Part shown: in pieces, positions 26,631-35,826 of the stretch | Numbering within the stretch: position 1 is the stretch's first letter | Layout of the letters: every line of letters starts with the position of its first letter | IMG/VR virus record: IMGVR_UViG_3300017648_000200 | Location: 1 to 41,454 of that record | Origin: a virus | Taxonomy: Duplodnaviria > Caudoviricetes | Reading direction: 5' to 3' (one strand) | Length of the DNA stretch: 41,454 nt | Made by a program: the position numbers and the translations under genes | Notes under the pieces: model-generated | Told to the model about the DNA's origin: nothing | What the model saw: the letters and a program-made list of their open reading frames with translations, nothing else | Database searches by the model: none

Positions 26631-28989
26631 TGTAACGCCAGAAATTAAAACGAAATTCAGCCTGGGCGGTATGTCCGAGGCAGTTTCTGGCTTTCGTAAA
26701 TTCCAGCAATCTGCTCGCGACAGCATCAATAATATAAAGCAGAGCGGTGCCAAGGCTTTAGAACCATTTCAAAAAGACATCGAGAAGTCGAAGCGATCTC
26801 TGGCCACGCTACAATCAGCCAGCTTGTCAGTCGGCAAGGTCGGCTTCGGCGGTCTTAAAACTGGCGCGGAAACGGCTTTCAAAACCATTTCCATCGGTGC
26901 CGCCTCAGCTGTCGCCGCTTTAGCCACGGTTAGCGCCGCTGCCATCAAAATGAGCAAAGACACCGCAGGCGAGTGGGACAAGCTTTCCAAGCAATCCAGA
27001 TCGCTCGGTGTGTCGCCTGAAGACTTATCGGTACTGGGCTTTGCTGGTGCAGGTGAAGGCGTGCCAGGCGATGAGATCGTGAAAGGCCTTGCTAAAATCG
27101 GCAATGAATTTCTGGGAATTCGACAGAAGATTTCGGAAGCCAATGACGAATTCAGCTCATTTAAAGATAACGCGCGTAAAGATGCCATTTTCTCACTTCG
27201 AGCAGGCGATGTTGGTGGTCTGACGTCTGCAGGGGATGCTGTTGGCCAAGCGCGGATGTCGTCACTTGCAGGCATCCAAGAGCGAAAAGGTCAGCTCGAA
27301 AACTACATTGCTCGCGCGGCTCCATATGAAAACAATAACCTGCAAACGCAGACTTTTGTACACGGATTGCGTCAACAGTTGGACGAGCTTGAGAAAGCCG
27401 AGCGCACTCTGAAGAAGTCTTTTGGCCCAGTAGGTGAAGCGTTATTCGGCCTAGAAAAGTATGGGTTAGACGTAGAAAAAGCGAGCAAGGGCGGCATGGA
27501 GGGCCTGCTTGCGCTTTCCGACGCGATGCAGAAAGTCGATGATCCGACCCAGCGTCTGCGTTTCGCAATTCAACTTTTCGGTGAAGACGCTGGCGCAAAA
27601 ATGGTTCCGCTCTTAGAAGGCGGTCGGACAGCTATTGAAAATTATCGAAAGGAATTGGAACGCCTCGGCGGCGTAGTTTCCAAAAAAGACACCCAGATCG
27701 GTGAAGCTTACGAAGCATCTGCTGAAAATTTCAGGCGTTCCATCAGCGGCGTAAAAATGGCCGTCGCTCGTGAAGTCCTGCCACTTCTCACGGAATCCAC
27801 CGACGCGATGACGGAATTTATGGTCAGCTATCGCGAACGAATTGCATCCGTTTTGAAAGATGGCTTTGTCTACGCACGGAATCTGGTCAGCGATATAATC
27901 GGGGTTTTCCAAGGTAAGCGCACAGGCTTCAAAACGCCGTGGCTCGACACCCTTTTTGAGAAGCTTGAGACCGCACGCGCATTCATATCCGACATGTACG
28001 GCGAGCTGAAAAAGCTATGGGACGGCGAAAATTCACGTTTTGAATGGCTAAATAGAATCCGAGACGGGATTCAGACGGCTATCAAACTTGTAAAGGATTT
28101 GTATGCCGTTTTAACTGGACAGGATGCCAAAAACTTCAAGTGGCTCAATGATTTAAGAGACCAAGCGAAAGCTTTTGGTAAAGATTTCATGGACGCCCTG
28201 GATATGGTGAAGACCGTTTTGACCGCGATTCATTCTTTGATTCAGCCTATTGCCGATATGTTCGGTATCGACGTGACAACCATGTTGTTATTCGTCGGCA
28301 TGCTTAAATTTATAGGTCTTTTCGGACTCGCAAAAACTGCACTCGGTCAGCTCATGAAAGCCCTTGGAACTCTCTTTGCAATGAGCGGCGGTGGCGCTTT
28401 AGCATCTAGTATAGCGGGAATTGCTACGTCCGTTGCTGGAGCTGGCGCTGGAGCTGCTGGTGGAGCTGGTGCCGCTGCTGGAGCGGCAGGTCTTGCGGCG
28501 CGGGCGGGCCCGATAGGTGCGGTTATCGCTACAACCATTGGTGCGGGTATGATCGGTTGGGAAGGCGGCAAAAAAGTTTACGAATTATCGGGAATGAAAG
28601 AAGCCGCAGAAGCTCGTCAGACTGATCAGCAAAAAAGATTAAAGAAATTATATGATGCCGATTTTGACCTAGCTTTTGCTCGATACGACCGAAAAAGGCA
28701 GGGAGACTGGTACAGAAGCCAGGGAATTAATACTCAAATGGGGCTTGAAGATGCCCATCTTTTGCCTGGCGGTGTGCTTGATGTTTGGAAATCTCCACTT
28801 TCCGATTTTGATCTAGATTACTTTAAAGGCATCAAAGAAAGCAACGATAAATCAAAGGGTTCTGCTGAAACAGTAAACGTAAATTTGACGTTGAATGACC
28901 GCAATCTGGGGACGCTTCAGACAGATCCTCTGACTGCTCGGAAAATGAATCAAACCCTCTATTCCATGCAACGAAACGGGGGGTATTGA
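26623..28989 (+). CDS. Tape measure protein
   Basis: 788 aa helical, Ala/Gly-rich; AIQLFGEDAGAKMVPLL; periodic W; C-terminal VNVNLTLN. Confidence 0.9.
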   Translation: MSNVTPEIKTKFSLGGMSEAVSGFRKFQQSARDSINNIKQSGAKALEPFQKDIEKSKRSLATLQSASLSVGKVGFGGLKTGAETAFKTISIGAASAVAALATVSAAAIKMSKDTAGEWDKLSKQSRSLGVSPEDLSVLGFAGAGEGVPGDEIVKGLAKIGNEFLGIRQKISEANDEFSSFKDNARKDAIFSLRAGDVGGLTSAGDAVGQARMSSLAGIQERKGQLENYIARAAPYENNNLQTQTFVHGLRQQLDELEKAERTLKKSFGPVGEALFGLEKYGLDVEKASKGGMEGLLALSDAMQKVDDPTQRLRFAIQLFGEDAGAKMVPLLEGGRTAIENYRKELERLGGVVSKKDTQIGEAYEASAENFRRSISGVKMAVAREVLPLLTESTDAMTEFMVSYRERIASVLKDGFVYARNLVSDIIGVFQGKRTGFKTPWLDTLFEKLETARAFISDMYGELKKLWDGENSRFEWLNRIRDGIQTAIKLVKDLYAVLTGQDAKNFKWLNDLRDQAKAFGKDFMDALDMVKTVLTAIHSLIQPIADMFGIDVTTMLLFVGMLKFIGLFGLAKTALGQLMKALGTLFAMSGGGALASSIAGIATSVAGAGAGAAGGAGAAAGAAGLAARAGPIGAVIATTIGAGMIGWEGGKKVYELSGMKEAAEARQTDQQKRLKKLYDADFDLAFARYDRKRQGDWYRSQGINTQMGLEDAHLLPGGVLDVWKSPLSDFDLDYFKGIKESNDKSKGSAETVNVNLTLNDRNLGTLQTDPLTARKMNQTLYSMQRNGGY

Positions 28990-29564
28990 TGGCCGATTTT
29001 CCGATTACAACGACACTTATATCTGATGATTTAGCTATCGGCTGGCAGACTGCTCTCGGTCTGACTGTCGATTTCTCGCCGATAGAAGATTCGGCCCAAA
29101 TTGTCAGAAGCTGGAATGGACAGGCTCGAAATTTGGCAGCCGACGAATTTAAATTATTCCAATGCACGATTTCATCGTCTGACGACATGCGCCCTCCAGC
29201 GCTTTCGCATATGTGGCCTGGGTCGACTTTTACAATTATTCCACCATGTGAATTTTCGGACGCTATCCAGCCAGGTGCGCAGTCCAGAACGCTTATTCGC
29301 TATCCGTATAAAGATGACGAAACTGGCTACACCTCGATACGTTGTCTGACGAAGAATTTTGAGCCTGTACCTTTCACTGTCTGGAATAAAGTCATCACGC
29401 TCGCCGCCCCAGCCACGGAGACTGTAAGAATTTTTTACAGGCCATGGATTGATCTCTTTGTTACCGAGCCATGGTCAGTGTCCAGCCACGAGCAAAATGC
29501 GACAGTGCAATGGTCGCTGACGGCTGAAGAAGTCGGCGGACTCGACTGGCAAGGAGATAACTGA
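28989..29564 (+). CDS. Distal tail / minor tail protein
   Basis: Follows the tape measure gene (TGATG); IVRSWNG, WSLTAEEV. Confidence 0.7.
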   Translation: MADFPITTTLISDDLAIGWQTALGLTVDFSPIEDSAQIVRSWNGQARNLAADEFKLFQCTISSSDDMRPPALSHMWPGSTFTIIPPCEFSDAIQPGAQSRTLIRYPYKDDETGYTSIRCLTKNFEPVPFTVWNKVITLAAPATETVRIFYRPWIDLFVTEPWSVSSHEQNATVQWSLTAEEVGGLDWQGDN

Positions 29565-31399
29565 TGCTTTATCTCTCTTGGCTCTCCGCATACGACACAC
29601 CATTTGACCCAGTTGCTCACGCTCGCGAAGACGAATTCTGCATTCGCGGATCAATTTTCGAGCAGGAAGAAGGCGACATTATCAACTCCGGATTCGAAGT
29701 TGAAATCCCCAATCCGGGATTAGGCCTTATAGGCCTCGGTCGTAGTGAAAGATATGCTGTACTAAGCGAGAAGCTAGCTTCCGATAATATTCCCGTCGAA
29801 CTCGCAAGAGGTCGCGTAATCTCTGTGCCGTCCGAACTCGGTCAACAGACTTTGACGTTGCGATTTCAGTGTGTTCCGCCTGATGAAGACGTCGTCCTAA
29901 AAGCGGCGGCGAATGCTCTGAGAACTGGCGAAATTGATGGATACGACCCGTATGGGCATCCCGACGACCGTGAAAAATTCGAGACGTACGACGCTCTTTT
30001 TCATAGCCGCGATGCCTCAGATGACCCTATGAGCGCGCTTGCTGGCCGACTGGAGTTCTGGAGATGGGATCGCAAATCGTTGGCAATCGAACGGGTGAGC
30101 ATGGTCACGGGTGGCGATATTCACGTCATCGATTCCGATGGTTTTGAGAGCACTCTTCAAGTCACACTGCGGAATCCGCCGCGCGCAAAAACACGCCTGC
30201 GCGTCGTCGCTTCTTGGACTCAGGAAGCAAAAGGTGTGCAGAGCCTGCCTGCCGTGAATCTGCCCGTCGATACATACTCATGGCAAGATCTCATGCAAAA
30301 TCTTCCGCAACCTGGAACGGCTGTAGGGGAAAACACAGGATGGCATGTCGCTGAATCAGCAATCACGTATTTCAACCAACATTCGATTTTCGACAGTTTT
30401 GATGCAGGGTTGGAAAAATACGCGCTGAATGACGAAAAAGTCATTGGTTGCCAAATCTTGATGCAAGCGGCAACGGTCGGCGTGCAAATTCGACTTGGAT
30501 ATGATTTTCAGCAACAGCGCGAAGAACTTTTGACGATCTCGATGCCAGTTGCGCAGCAGGAAATATTGGGCGACGACAAAAATGAGACCGCCGATATCAT
30601 CAACCTAGCGCCATTGAATCTAGATCCATCGACGCCCCTTTGGACTGCTGAAGATCCGACTACGCTGGAACCAATGCGGTATGAAGTCGGCGATGAAGTC
30701 ATATATAATGGACACAAATGGAGATGCATAACGGCTCACACGGCATCAACGATCTTCTCTTATTCATCTTTTGTGCAAGTAGAGAAAAGAGCTGCTATCA
30801 ATCCAATATCTGCTCGTTTTTTTGATTCAACTCGCGGCACTCGCGCAGTCAGATATGCCATCCGCATGCTCCAGCGCAGGGTTTATGTCCGTGCTCGGTG
30901 CTTGGAAATCAGTTTCCAATGCGAATGGTCGGCCGCTCGGAGCATGAAGTGCGGAGATTTCTGCCGAATTTACAATCGGAAAATCGGGTCAGTACAGGCG
31001 AAGATTTCCAGCATGAAATTAGTGGCTGCTGGCGCAAAAAGATACGCCGAAATCACGTTGCTTGCATACCTCGGCGACGGTTCTTTAGCGCCTGTTCCTG
31101 GAGCTGGGGAGCAGCAAACAGGCCTCGTCACGTATGGATTTTCAGCAACTCCCGCGTCTCAACCGACAAATGCATCAGCTCTACGTGCGCAGGTGCATTT
31201 TGTTGACGTCGTCAATGATTACGCATTCCAGAAGTCATCGGCGCTCTATGAGCAAGATCCCGTAGCTGTCATTGAAAGCCTGCCGACACGCATAGAACTC
31301 GACGTCGACCCGATACGCGAAGAAGACCTGCTTACGCGAAATATCACGGTGACTTGTAAACCTATTTGGCTGCCTCGCGAGGCAGTTATCGGAAGCTAG
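29564..31399 (+). CDS. Tail tip/hub protein with inserted CBM5/12-like module
   Basis: Position after the distal tail gene; W...YEVGDEVIYNGHKWRCITAHTAS. Confidence 0.7.
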   Translation: MLYLSWLSAYDTPFDPVAHAREDEFCIRGSIFEQEEGDIINSGFEVEIPNPGLGLIGLGRSERYAVLSEKLASDNIPVELARGRVISVPSELGQQTLTLRFQCVPPDEDVVLKAAANALRTGEIDGYDPYGHPDDREKFETYDALFHSRDASDDPMSALAGRLEFWRWDRKSLAIERVSMVTGGDIHVIDSDGFESTLQVTLRNPPRAKTRLRVVASWTQEAKGVQSLPAVNLPVDTYSWQDLMQNLPQPGTAVGENTGWHVAESAITYFNQHSIFDSFDAGLEKYALNDEKVIGCQILMQAATVGVQIRLGYDFQQQREELLTISMPVAQQEILGDDKNETADIINLAPLNLDPSTPLWTAEDPTTLEPMRYEVGDEVIYNGHKWRCITAHTASTIFSYSSFVQVEKRAAINPISARFFDSTRGTRAVRYAIRMLQRRVYVRARCLEISFQCEWSAARSMKCGDFCRIYNRKIGSVQAKISSMKLVAAGAKRYAEITLLAYLGDGSLAPVPGAGEQQTGLVTYGFSATPASQPTNASALRAQVHFVDVVNDYAFQKSSALYEQDPVAVIESLPTRIELDVDPIREEDLLTRNITVTCKPIWLPREAVIGS

Positions 31400-31411
31400 A
31401 GGAGAACGAAT

Positions 31412-31645
31412 ATGGACATGGAAATCGAGAATTCGAGCGAGCTTTTCGGTGCTATGAACGCGATGAGACTTCAAGCTCAGGATCAAGCACGTCGAGATCG
31501 TATATCTCAGCCAAACAGAGCCTCTATTCGAGATAGCAGCGCTCGCAGACGAGATAGCTTGTCTACGAAACTGGTGATGGGCTCGACAGAAAAGTGTGAT
31601 CTGTCGAGTGCGATAGTTGCTACGAATGTTGTTCGTGTGAGTTAA
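31412..31645 (+). CDS. Hypothetical protein ending the tail operon
   Basis: SD GAGGAG; 77 aa. Confidence 0.6.
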   Translation: MDMEIENSSELFGAMNAMRLQAQDQARRDRISQPNRASIRDSSARRRDSLSTKLVMGSTEKCDLSSAIVATNVVRVS

Positions 31646-31647
31646 AA

Positions 31648-32097
31648 TTAAAAAGGACTTGGATGAGCGGTTTCGTATATTGCATCTCTGACATCGATAT
31701 TCGTGATGTACATGTTACAATTACGAATCAATTGATCGATAAATTTCTTGTTCTTAATATTGCCCTCAATTAATTTCCGTGATTTTCCAAAAACTTCATT
31801 GTCCCAGCTGTCGTTGTTATTCCATAGTATTCTAGAAGCAACAATAAGCTCAGTATTGATGGATTTTAAATTTCTTATCACCTTTCGCGGCACATTGTTT
31901 GAATGGCCGCGACCGTATATATAAGAACATTCAAATAAACGCCTGCCTATCCCCTTATAATAATTATTATCGGAATTATAATATTTATCTATAATGCCTT
32001 CTACATTAGAAGCTAATTGCTTTCCGTTGAATTCTGACGAAAAACTACTTGTCACTGAAAGCAAAAAAATAGCAATGGCTCCTAATATCTTCATCAC
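31648..32097 (-). CDS. Secreted hypothetical protein (AT-rich moron)
   Basis: Signal peptide MKILGAIAIFLLSVTSSFS; two Cys. Confidence 0.7.
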   Translation of the reverse strand: MMKILGAIAIFLLSVTSSFSSEFNGKQLASNVEGIIDKYYNSDNNYYKGIGRRLFECSYIYGRGHSNNVPRKVIRNLKSINTELIVASRILWNNNDSWDNEVFGKSRKLIEGNIKNKKFIDQLIRNCNMYITNIDVRDAIYETAHPSPF

Positions 32098-32114
32098 TTT
32101 ACTAAATCCCGATA

Positions 32115-32420
32115 TTATGGAATCTCTACAGGCACCAGACGCGTCGTCGCATAATAAGAAGTGAGGCGCAGTTTGTCGACAAGCTCGGCGCGAACAGCGG
32201 GGTTATGACCTTCATTTTCAAGCTTTTCGGCAATAGCGATCAGCATATCTTGTCCGCTAATCATATCATTCTTGTCGACAGTTCCCAGCTTTACGGCTTT
32301 ATCGATGGCGTTCAGAAGGTAAATTCCGTCTTCTGGAAGCGATGTGATTTCTGACTGTGCCTTCAGTTCCTCGGCTTCTTCGGCGGAGATGTTCACTTTC
32401 AAGATGTCGATGTTGCTCAT
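32115..32420 (-). CDS. Hypothetical protein
   Basis: ATG 32420 after AAAGGAAG. Confidence 0.65.
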   Translation of the reverse strand: MSNIDILKVNISAEEAEELKAQSEITSLPEDGIYLLNAIDKAVKLGTVDKNDMISGQDMLIAIAEKLENEGHNPAVRAELVDKLRLTSYYATTRLVPVEIP

Positions 32421-32482
32421 ATGCGGCTTCCTTTTTCTGAAGTCGCTATACAAGGATCTTTGAGATTTGTCCGGATAAAAAA

Positions 32483-32806
32483 CTACATAAATAAATAATA
32501 GTAAACAGCGAAACCAATAATAGCGAATAGAATGATTGGAGACCAATATCGTAGAAATATTGCCCATTTATACGCCAGCGACATGTTAGAAATCATCTGA
32601 CCGCGCGTCTCTACTACTTGTTCATTCGCATCATCTATATCAAAAACGTTGCCGCCAAGCGCCATTATCTCACGAGAATTTTTACTAAGCAGATTTTCAT
32701 AGTATTGTCTATTTGCCGACCCTCTCTTCATACGCCACATTGAAATCTGATAATTCATTCTCTTTTCAATGAGCTTTTTGAGCTTTTCTGAATTCTGGTC
32801 AGACAT
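32483..32806 (-). CDS. Hypothetical membrane protein (C-terminal TM)
   Basis: ATG 32806 after GAGGGG; PIILFAIIGFAVYYYLF. Confidence 0.7.
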   Translation of the reverse strand: MSDQNSEKLKKLIEKRMNYQISMWRMKRGSANRQYYENLLSKNSREIMALGGNVFDIDDANEQVVETRGQMISNMSLAYKWAIFLRYWSPIILFAIIGFAVYYYLFM

Positions 32807-32836
32807 CAATTTTCCCCTCAAACGCCCAAATCACGC

Positions 32837-32870
32837 TAGAATCTTGCACTTCACCATGGTCTCGTAAAGC
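32837..32870 (+). promoter_or_regulatory. TAGAATCTTGCA promoter motif, copy 5
   Basis: ACGCTAGAATCTTGCA is identical over 16 bp to copy 1. Confidence 0.7.
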
Positions 32871-32900
32871 CAGTAAACACATTCACGAGACCATTTTTTT

Positions 32901-33152
32901 ATGACAACCGATTTTCCGTCAAAAGAGCTTTTAGAAGTCATCCGCTCGCAAGCGCGTATGGAAGAGAAGCTAGACAGCTTTCTTAAGAACTCTAATTCCA
33001 TGCAGTCAAAATTGACGTCAATTGAGACAGACGTCGCAGAATTAAAAGCAAAGCGTCGAGAAGACAAAGCATTCATTGCTGCGCTGTCGGCGGTTTTCTC
33101 AGTAGCTTTTGCCATTATTTTACCCGCCGCCAAGAAATTTTTCGGAATTTAA
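32901..33152 (+). CDS. Coiled-coil + single TM protein (holin/antiholin-like)
   Basis: RMEEKLD..LTSIE heptads, then FIAALSAVFSVAFAIIL. Confidence 0.55.
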   Translation: MTTDFPSKELLEVIRSQARMEEKLDSFLKNSNSMQSKLTSIETDVAELKAKRREDKAFIAALSAVFSVAFAIILPAAKKFFGI

Positions 33153-33230
33153 TTTACTAATTTTACTTTGTGACGTCTGAAAAAGTCAACAATGTTTGCG
33201 ACAAGTAATTGATTTAATTGAAAAATTCGT

Positions 33231-33259
33231 TTGTATTGATCATTAATACGTCAAATAAT
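33231..33259 (+). promoter_or_regulatory. Promoter with GTATT-N7-AATAC operator
   Basis: TTGTAT-N17-AATAAT; palindrome 33233-33249. Confidence 0.6.
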
Positions 33260-33291
33260 TTACTTGTCATCAAGAGCGAAAGGAAATCAAA

Positions 33292-35076
33292 ATGACAAGT
33301 AGAAAAGAAATAAAGCATCATGTTAACCGTGAATTAGATAAACAAATCGACATAGAAAAATACATTGAGAAGCAGGAAAACTCTGGCAATACGGAAGATA
33401 AAGCTAAGGCCCTATTTAATTCAGGCGCTACTATTCGTGATGTTGCTGAAAAATGTGAACTTACTTTCTATGCAGCCCGAAAAATCTGGCTTTCCATCAA
33501 TAAGCCATCTGCACCAAAATCCGCATCCGAAACAGTCGAAAAGATTTGGCCTTCGGATGCCCCAGAGACACCTTCAGAAGACGAAAAACCAGCCAAAAAG
33601 AAAGCCCCACGAATTCAAGAACTGCCAACGATTCAGGCCAATTTGGAGCCTGGTATCGTGCATCGTTTTCTGATTTCTGCGGCTCAGGATGACACGCCTG
33701 TGCATCAGGAATTTCTGAGAAATATGGAGGCTTATGCCGCATATATAGGCGCTCACATCATCATAGGCGGACACACTTATCAGCTAGGACTGTTTGAAGA
33801 TCATGCGTCGGCGGCTAATGTTTATGATCCTGCAATTCACGAATATCTTTGTCACGACCGCGTCCAGCTGACGCCAGACGTTCTCTATCTCGGATCAGCA
33901 AATGTTCTGCCGACGACTGCGAACCCATTGAATGGTTGGCTGACGCAAAATCATGGCGGTCATGTCATTGTTCCGCACTCCCGAATTGCACTGCAGAGCA
34001 TCCCAAGGTTGCAAGGCCAAGATCCGAGGTTTGCAGTGTCTACGGGCACTGTGACAATGCCGAATTACACCGCTCGCGCTGCGGGGCAAAAGAGCATTTT
34101 CCATCACACGTTCGGCTTCACTGTTGTCGAGATCGATGTTGACGGCGAGGTCTTCCTGCGACCTGTTTCTGCTGATGATGATGGAAGTTTTCAGGATCTG
34201 AATACGCTTGTGATGGATGGAAAATGTGAAGGCGATAAGCGTGTTCGAGCAATAAGCTGGGGTGATATTCACCATGAACAGCTTGATCCAATCATTGCGG
34301 CGGCGAGCTTCGGATATGACCGAAAAACGAAGCAGATATTGAACAACATCAACATTTTAGATGGCCTTCAGCCCGAAATTCAGTTCTTCCATGACACGTT
34401 GGATTTCCGCCGTCGAAACCATCACAACCTTTCAGATCCTCATGTGATGGCTTTGGTGTCGGCGAATGGATCTGAAAATGTGGAATCCGAAGTGCATGAA
34501 GCTTCTGATTTCATAGCCGCGTGCACTCGTGATTTTTGCACGACGGTCGTCGTTGAGAGCAATCATGACAACGCGCTTGCAAGATGGCTCAAGAATGTTG
34601 ACGGCGCGTCGGATGTCAAAAATGCATATTACTGGCACGATCTAAACGCGGCTTGGCATAAAGCAATCCGATCTGGAAACGACACTTTCAATGTCGTTGA
34701 GCACGGTCTTCGGCTTGCAAATCTGCCCGATAGCGTCGAATTCGTAGGTGCGGGACAGGGTTATCAAGTAGACGGCATTGAATGCGGATTACACGGTGAT
34801 TTGGGGATTTCCGGATCGCGGGGAAGCCCAAATCAGTTCAAGCGTTTCGGCGTAAGAACAAGCACCGGACACACTCATACGCCATCTATATCCGAAGGTG
34901 CATATGTGTCGGGCGTCTCGGCGAAGCTTGATCAAGGGTATAACAAGGGGCCGACAACGTGGGCACATGCGCATATTGTGCAATACCACAATCAGAAGCG
35001 TACAATTCTACTGATGTCGAAAGACGGCCGCTGTCAGGCAATGGGCGACCGAATTCATTTACAAATGGCTACATAA
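33292..35076 (+). CDS. T5 A1-like metallophosphoesterase/nuclease with N-terminal HTH
   Basis: SAAQDDT, WGDIH, HD, SNHD, HGD, GHTH; HTH GATIRDVAEKCELT. Confidence 0.7.
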   Translation: MTSRKEIKHHVNRELDKQIDIEKYIEKQENSGNTEDKAKALFNSGATIRDVAEKCELTFYAARKIWLSINKPSAPKSASETVEKIWPSDAPETPSEDEKPAKKKAPRIQELPTIQANLEPGIVHRFLISAAQDDTPVHQEFLRNMEAYAAYIGAHIIIGGHTYQLGLFEDHASAANVYDPAIHEYLCHDRVQLTPDVLYLGSANVLPTTANPLNGWLTQNHGGHVIVPHSRIALQSIPRLQGQDPRFAVSTGTVTMPNYTARAAGQKSIFHHTFGFTVVEIDVDGEVFLRPVSADDDGSFQDLNTLVMDGKCEGDKRVRAISWGDIHHEQLDPIIAAASFGYDRKTKQILNNINILDGLQPEIQFFHDTLDFRRRNHHNLSDPHVMALVSANGSENVESEVHEASDFIAACTRDFCTTVVVESNHDNALARWLKNVDGASDVKNAYYWHDLNAAWHKAIRSGNDTFNVVEHGLRLANLPDSVEFVGAGQGYQVDGIECGLHGDLGISGSRGSPNQFKRFGVRTSTGHTHTPSISEGAYVSGVSAKLDQGYNKGPTTWAHAHIVQYHNQKRTILLMSKDGRCQAMGDRIHLQMAT

Positions 35077-35079
35077 AAT

Positions 35080-35115
35080 CTTGCAACTTACATCGACAGA
35101 GAACATAATGGGAAC
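35080..35115 (+). promoter_or_regulatory. Endolysin promoter overlapped by a LexA box
   Basis: TTGCAA-N17-CATAAT; GAAC-ATAATGG-GAAC at 35101-35115. Confidence 0.68.
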
Positions 35116-35137
35116 ATTAGTCTAGAGTTCCCATTTT

Positions 35138-35569
35138 ATGCGAAATATCAATACTTTAGTAGTCCATTGCACCGCGACACCTGAGGGGCGCGACGTCGAT
35201 GTGAAGACCATCAGGATGTGGCACACACGCGATAATGGCTGGAAAGACATCGGTTATCACTACGTTATCTATCGCGACGGCTCTGTCCACCCTGGCCGCC
35301 CAGTTGACCAAGTCGGCGCTCATGTAGCGGGTCACAATTCGGGGTCGATAGGCGTGGTTTACGTCGGCGGAGTCGATAAAAACATGAAACCCAAGGATAC
35401 CAGAACACCTGAGCAAAAAGTTGCGCTGCGCAAACTCCTCGGTGAGCTGGTTTCCAAATACAAGATCACGACACTTTGCGGCCATCGCGATTTCGACAAA
35501 GGTAAAGCCTGTCCGAGCTTTGATGCCAAGACCGAATACGCTGATCTACTGAAGGGAGGGTCAAAATAA
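35138..35569 (+). CDS. Endolysin, N-acetylmuramoyl-L-alanine amidase (Amidase_2, T7 lysozyme-like)
   Basis: VVHCTAT, DIGYHYVI, GAHV, GHRD, KACPSF. Confidence 0.95.
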   Translation: MRNINTLVVHCTATPEGRDVDVKTIRMWHTRDNGWKDIGYHYVIYRDGSVHPGRPVDQVGAHVAGHNSGSIGVVYVGGVDKNMKPKDTRTPEQKVALRKLLGELVSKYKITTLCGHRDFDKGKACPSFDAKTEYADLLKGGSK

Positions 35570-35826
35570 TGGCTCGACCTATCTCTCCATTTTCTTACAG
35601 ATGCGCCAGTTTTCGGAATCTCCAGGACGATTTGGTCGTCGCTCTCGAAAATCACATCAAACAACATAATCTATCGGCTGCTGAAATAGCAACGCGATAT
35701 CCGTCAGTTAGAGACGGCCACATTCGGAAAATCCGAACAGGCAACGGGCATGAGTTGGGCATGAAAATGCTTCTGTCGATAGCCGAAGCGAGCGGTCTGC
35801 AAGCTAGATTGCAGGTGTCTGCATGA
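35569..35826 (+). CDS. Small HTH (XRE-like) protein
   Basis: IKQHNLSAAEIA...HIRKIRTG...MKMLLSIAEASG. Confidence 0.6.
   Translation: MARPISPFSYRCASFRNLQDDLVVALENHIKQHNLSAAEIATRYPSVRDGHIRKIRTGNGHELGMKMLLSIAEASGLQARLQVSA

Noticed and set aside
28430-28510. GCTGG-rich DNA repeat
   Set aside because: Explained by the Ala/Gly-rich stretch of the tape measure protein
20841-31399. Diversity-generating retroelement or invertible fibre cassette
   Set aside because: No reverse transcriptase, invertase or TR/VR-like duplicate noticed
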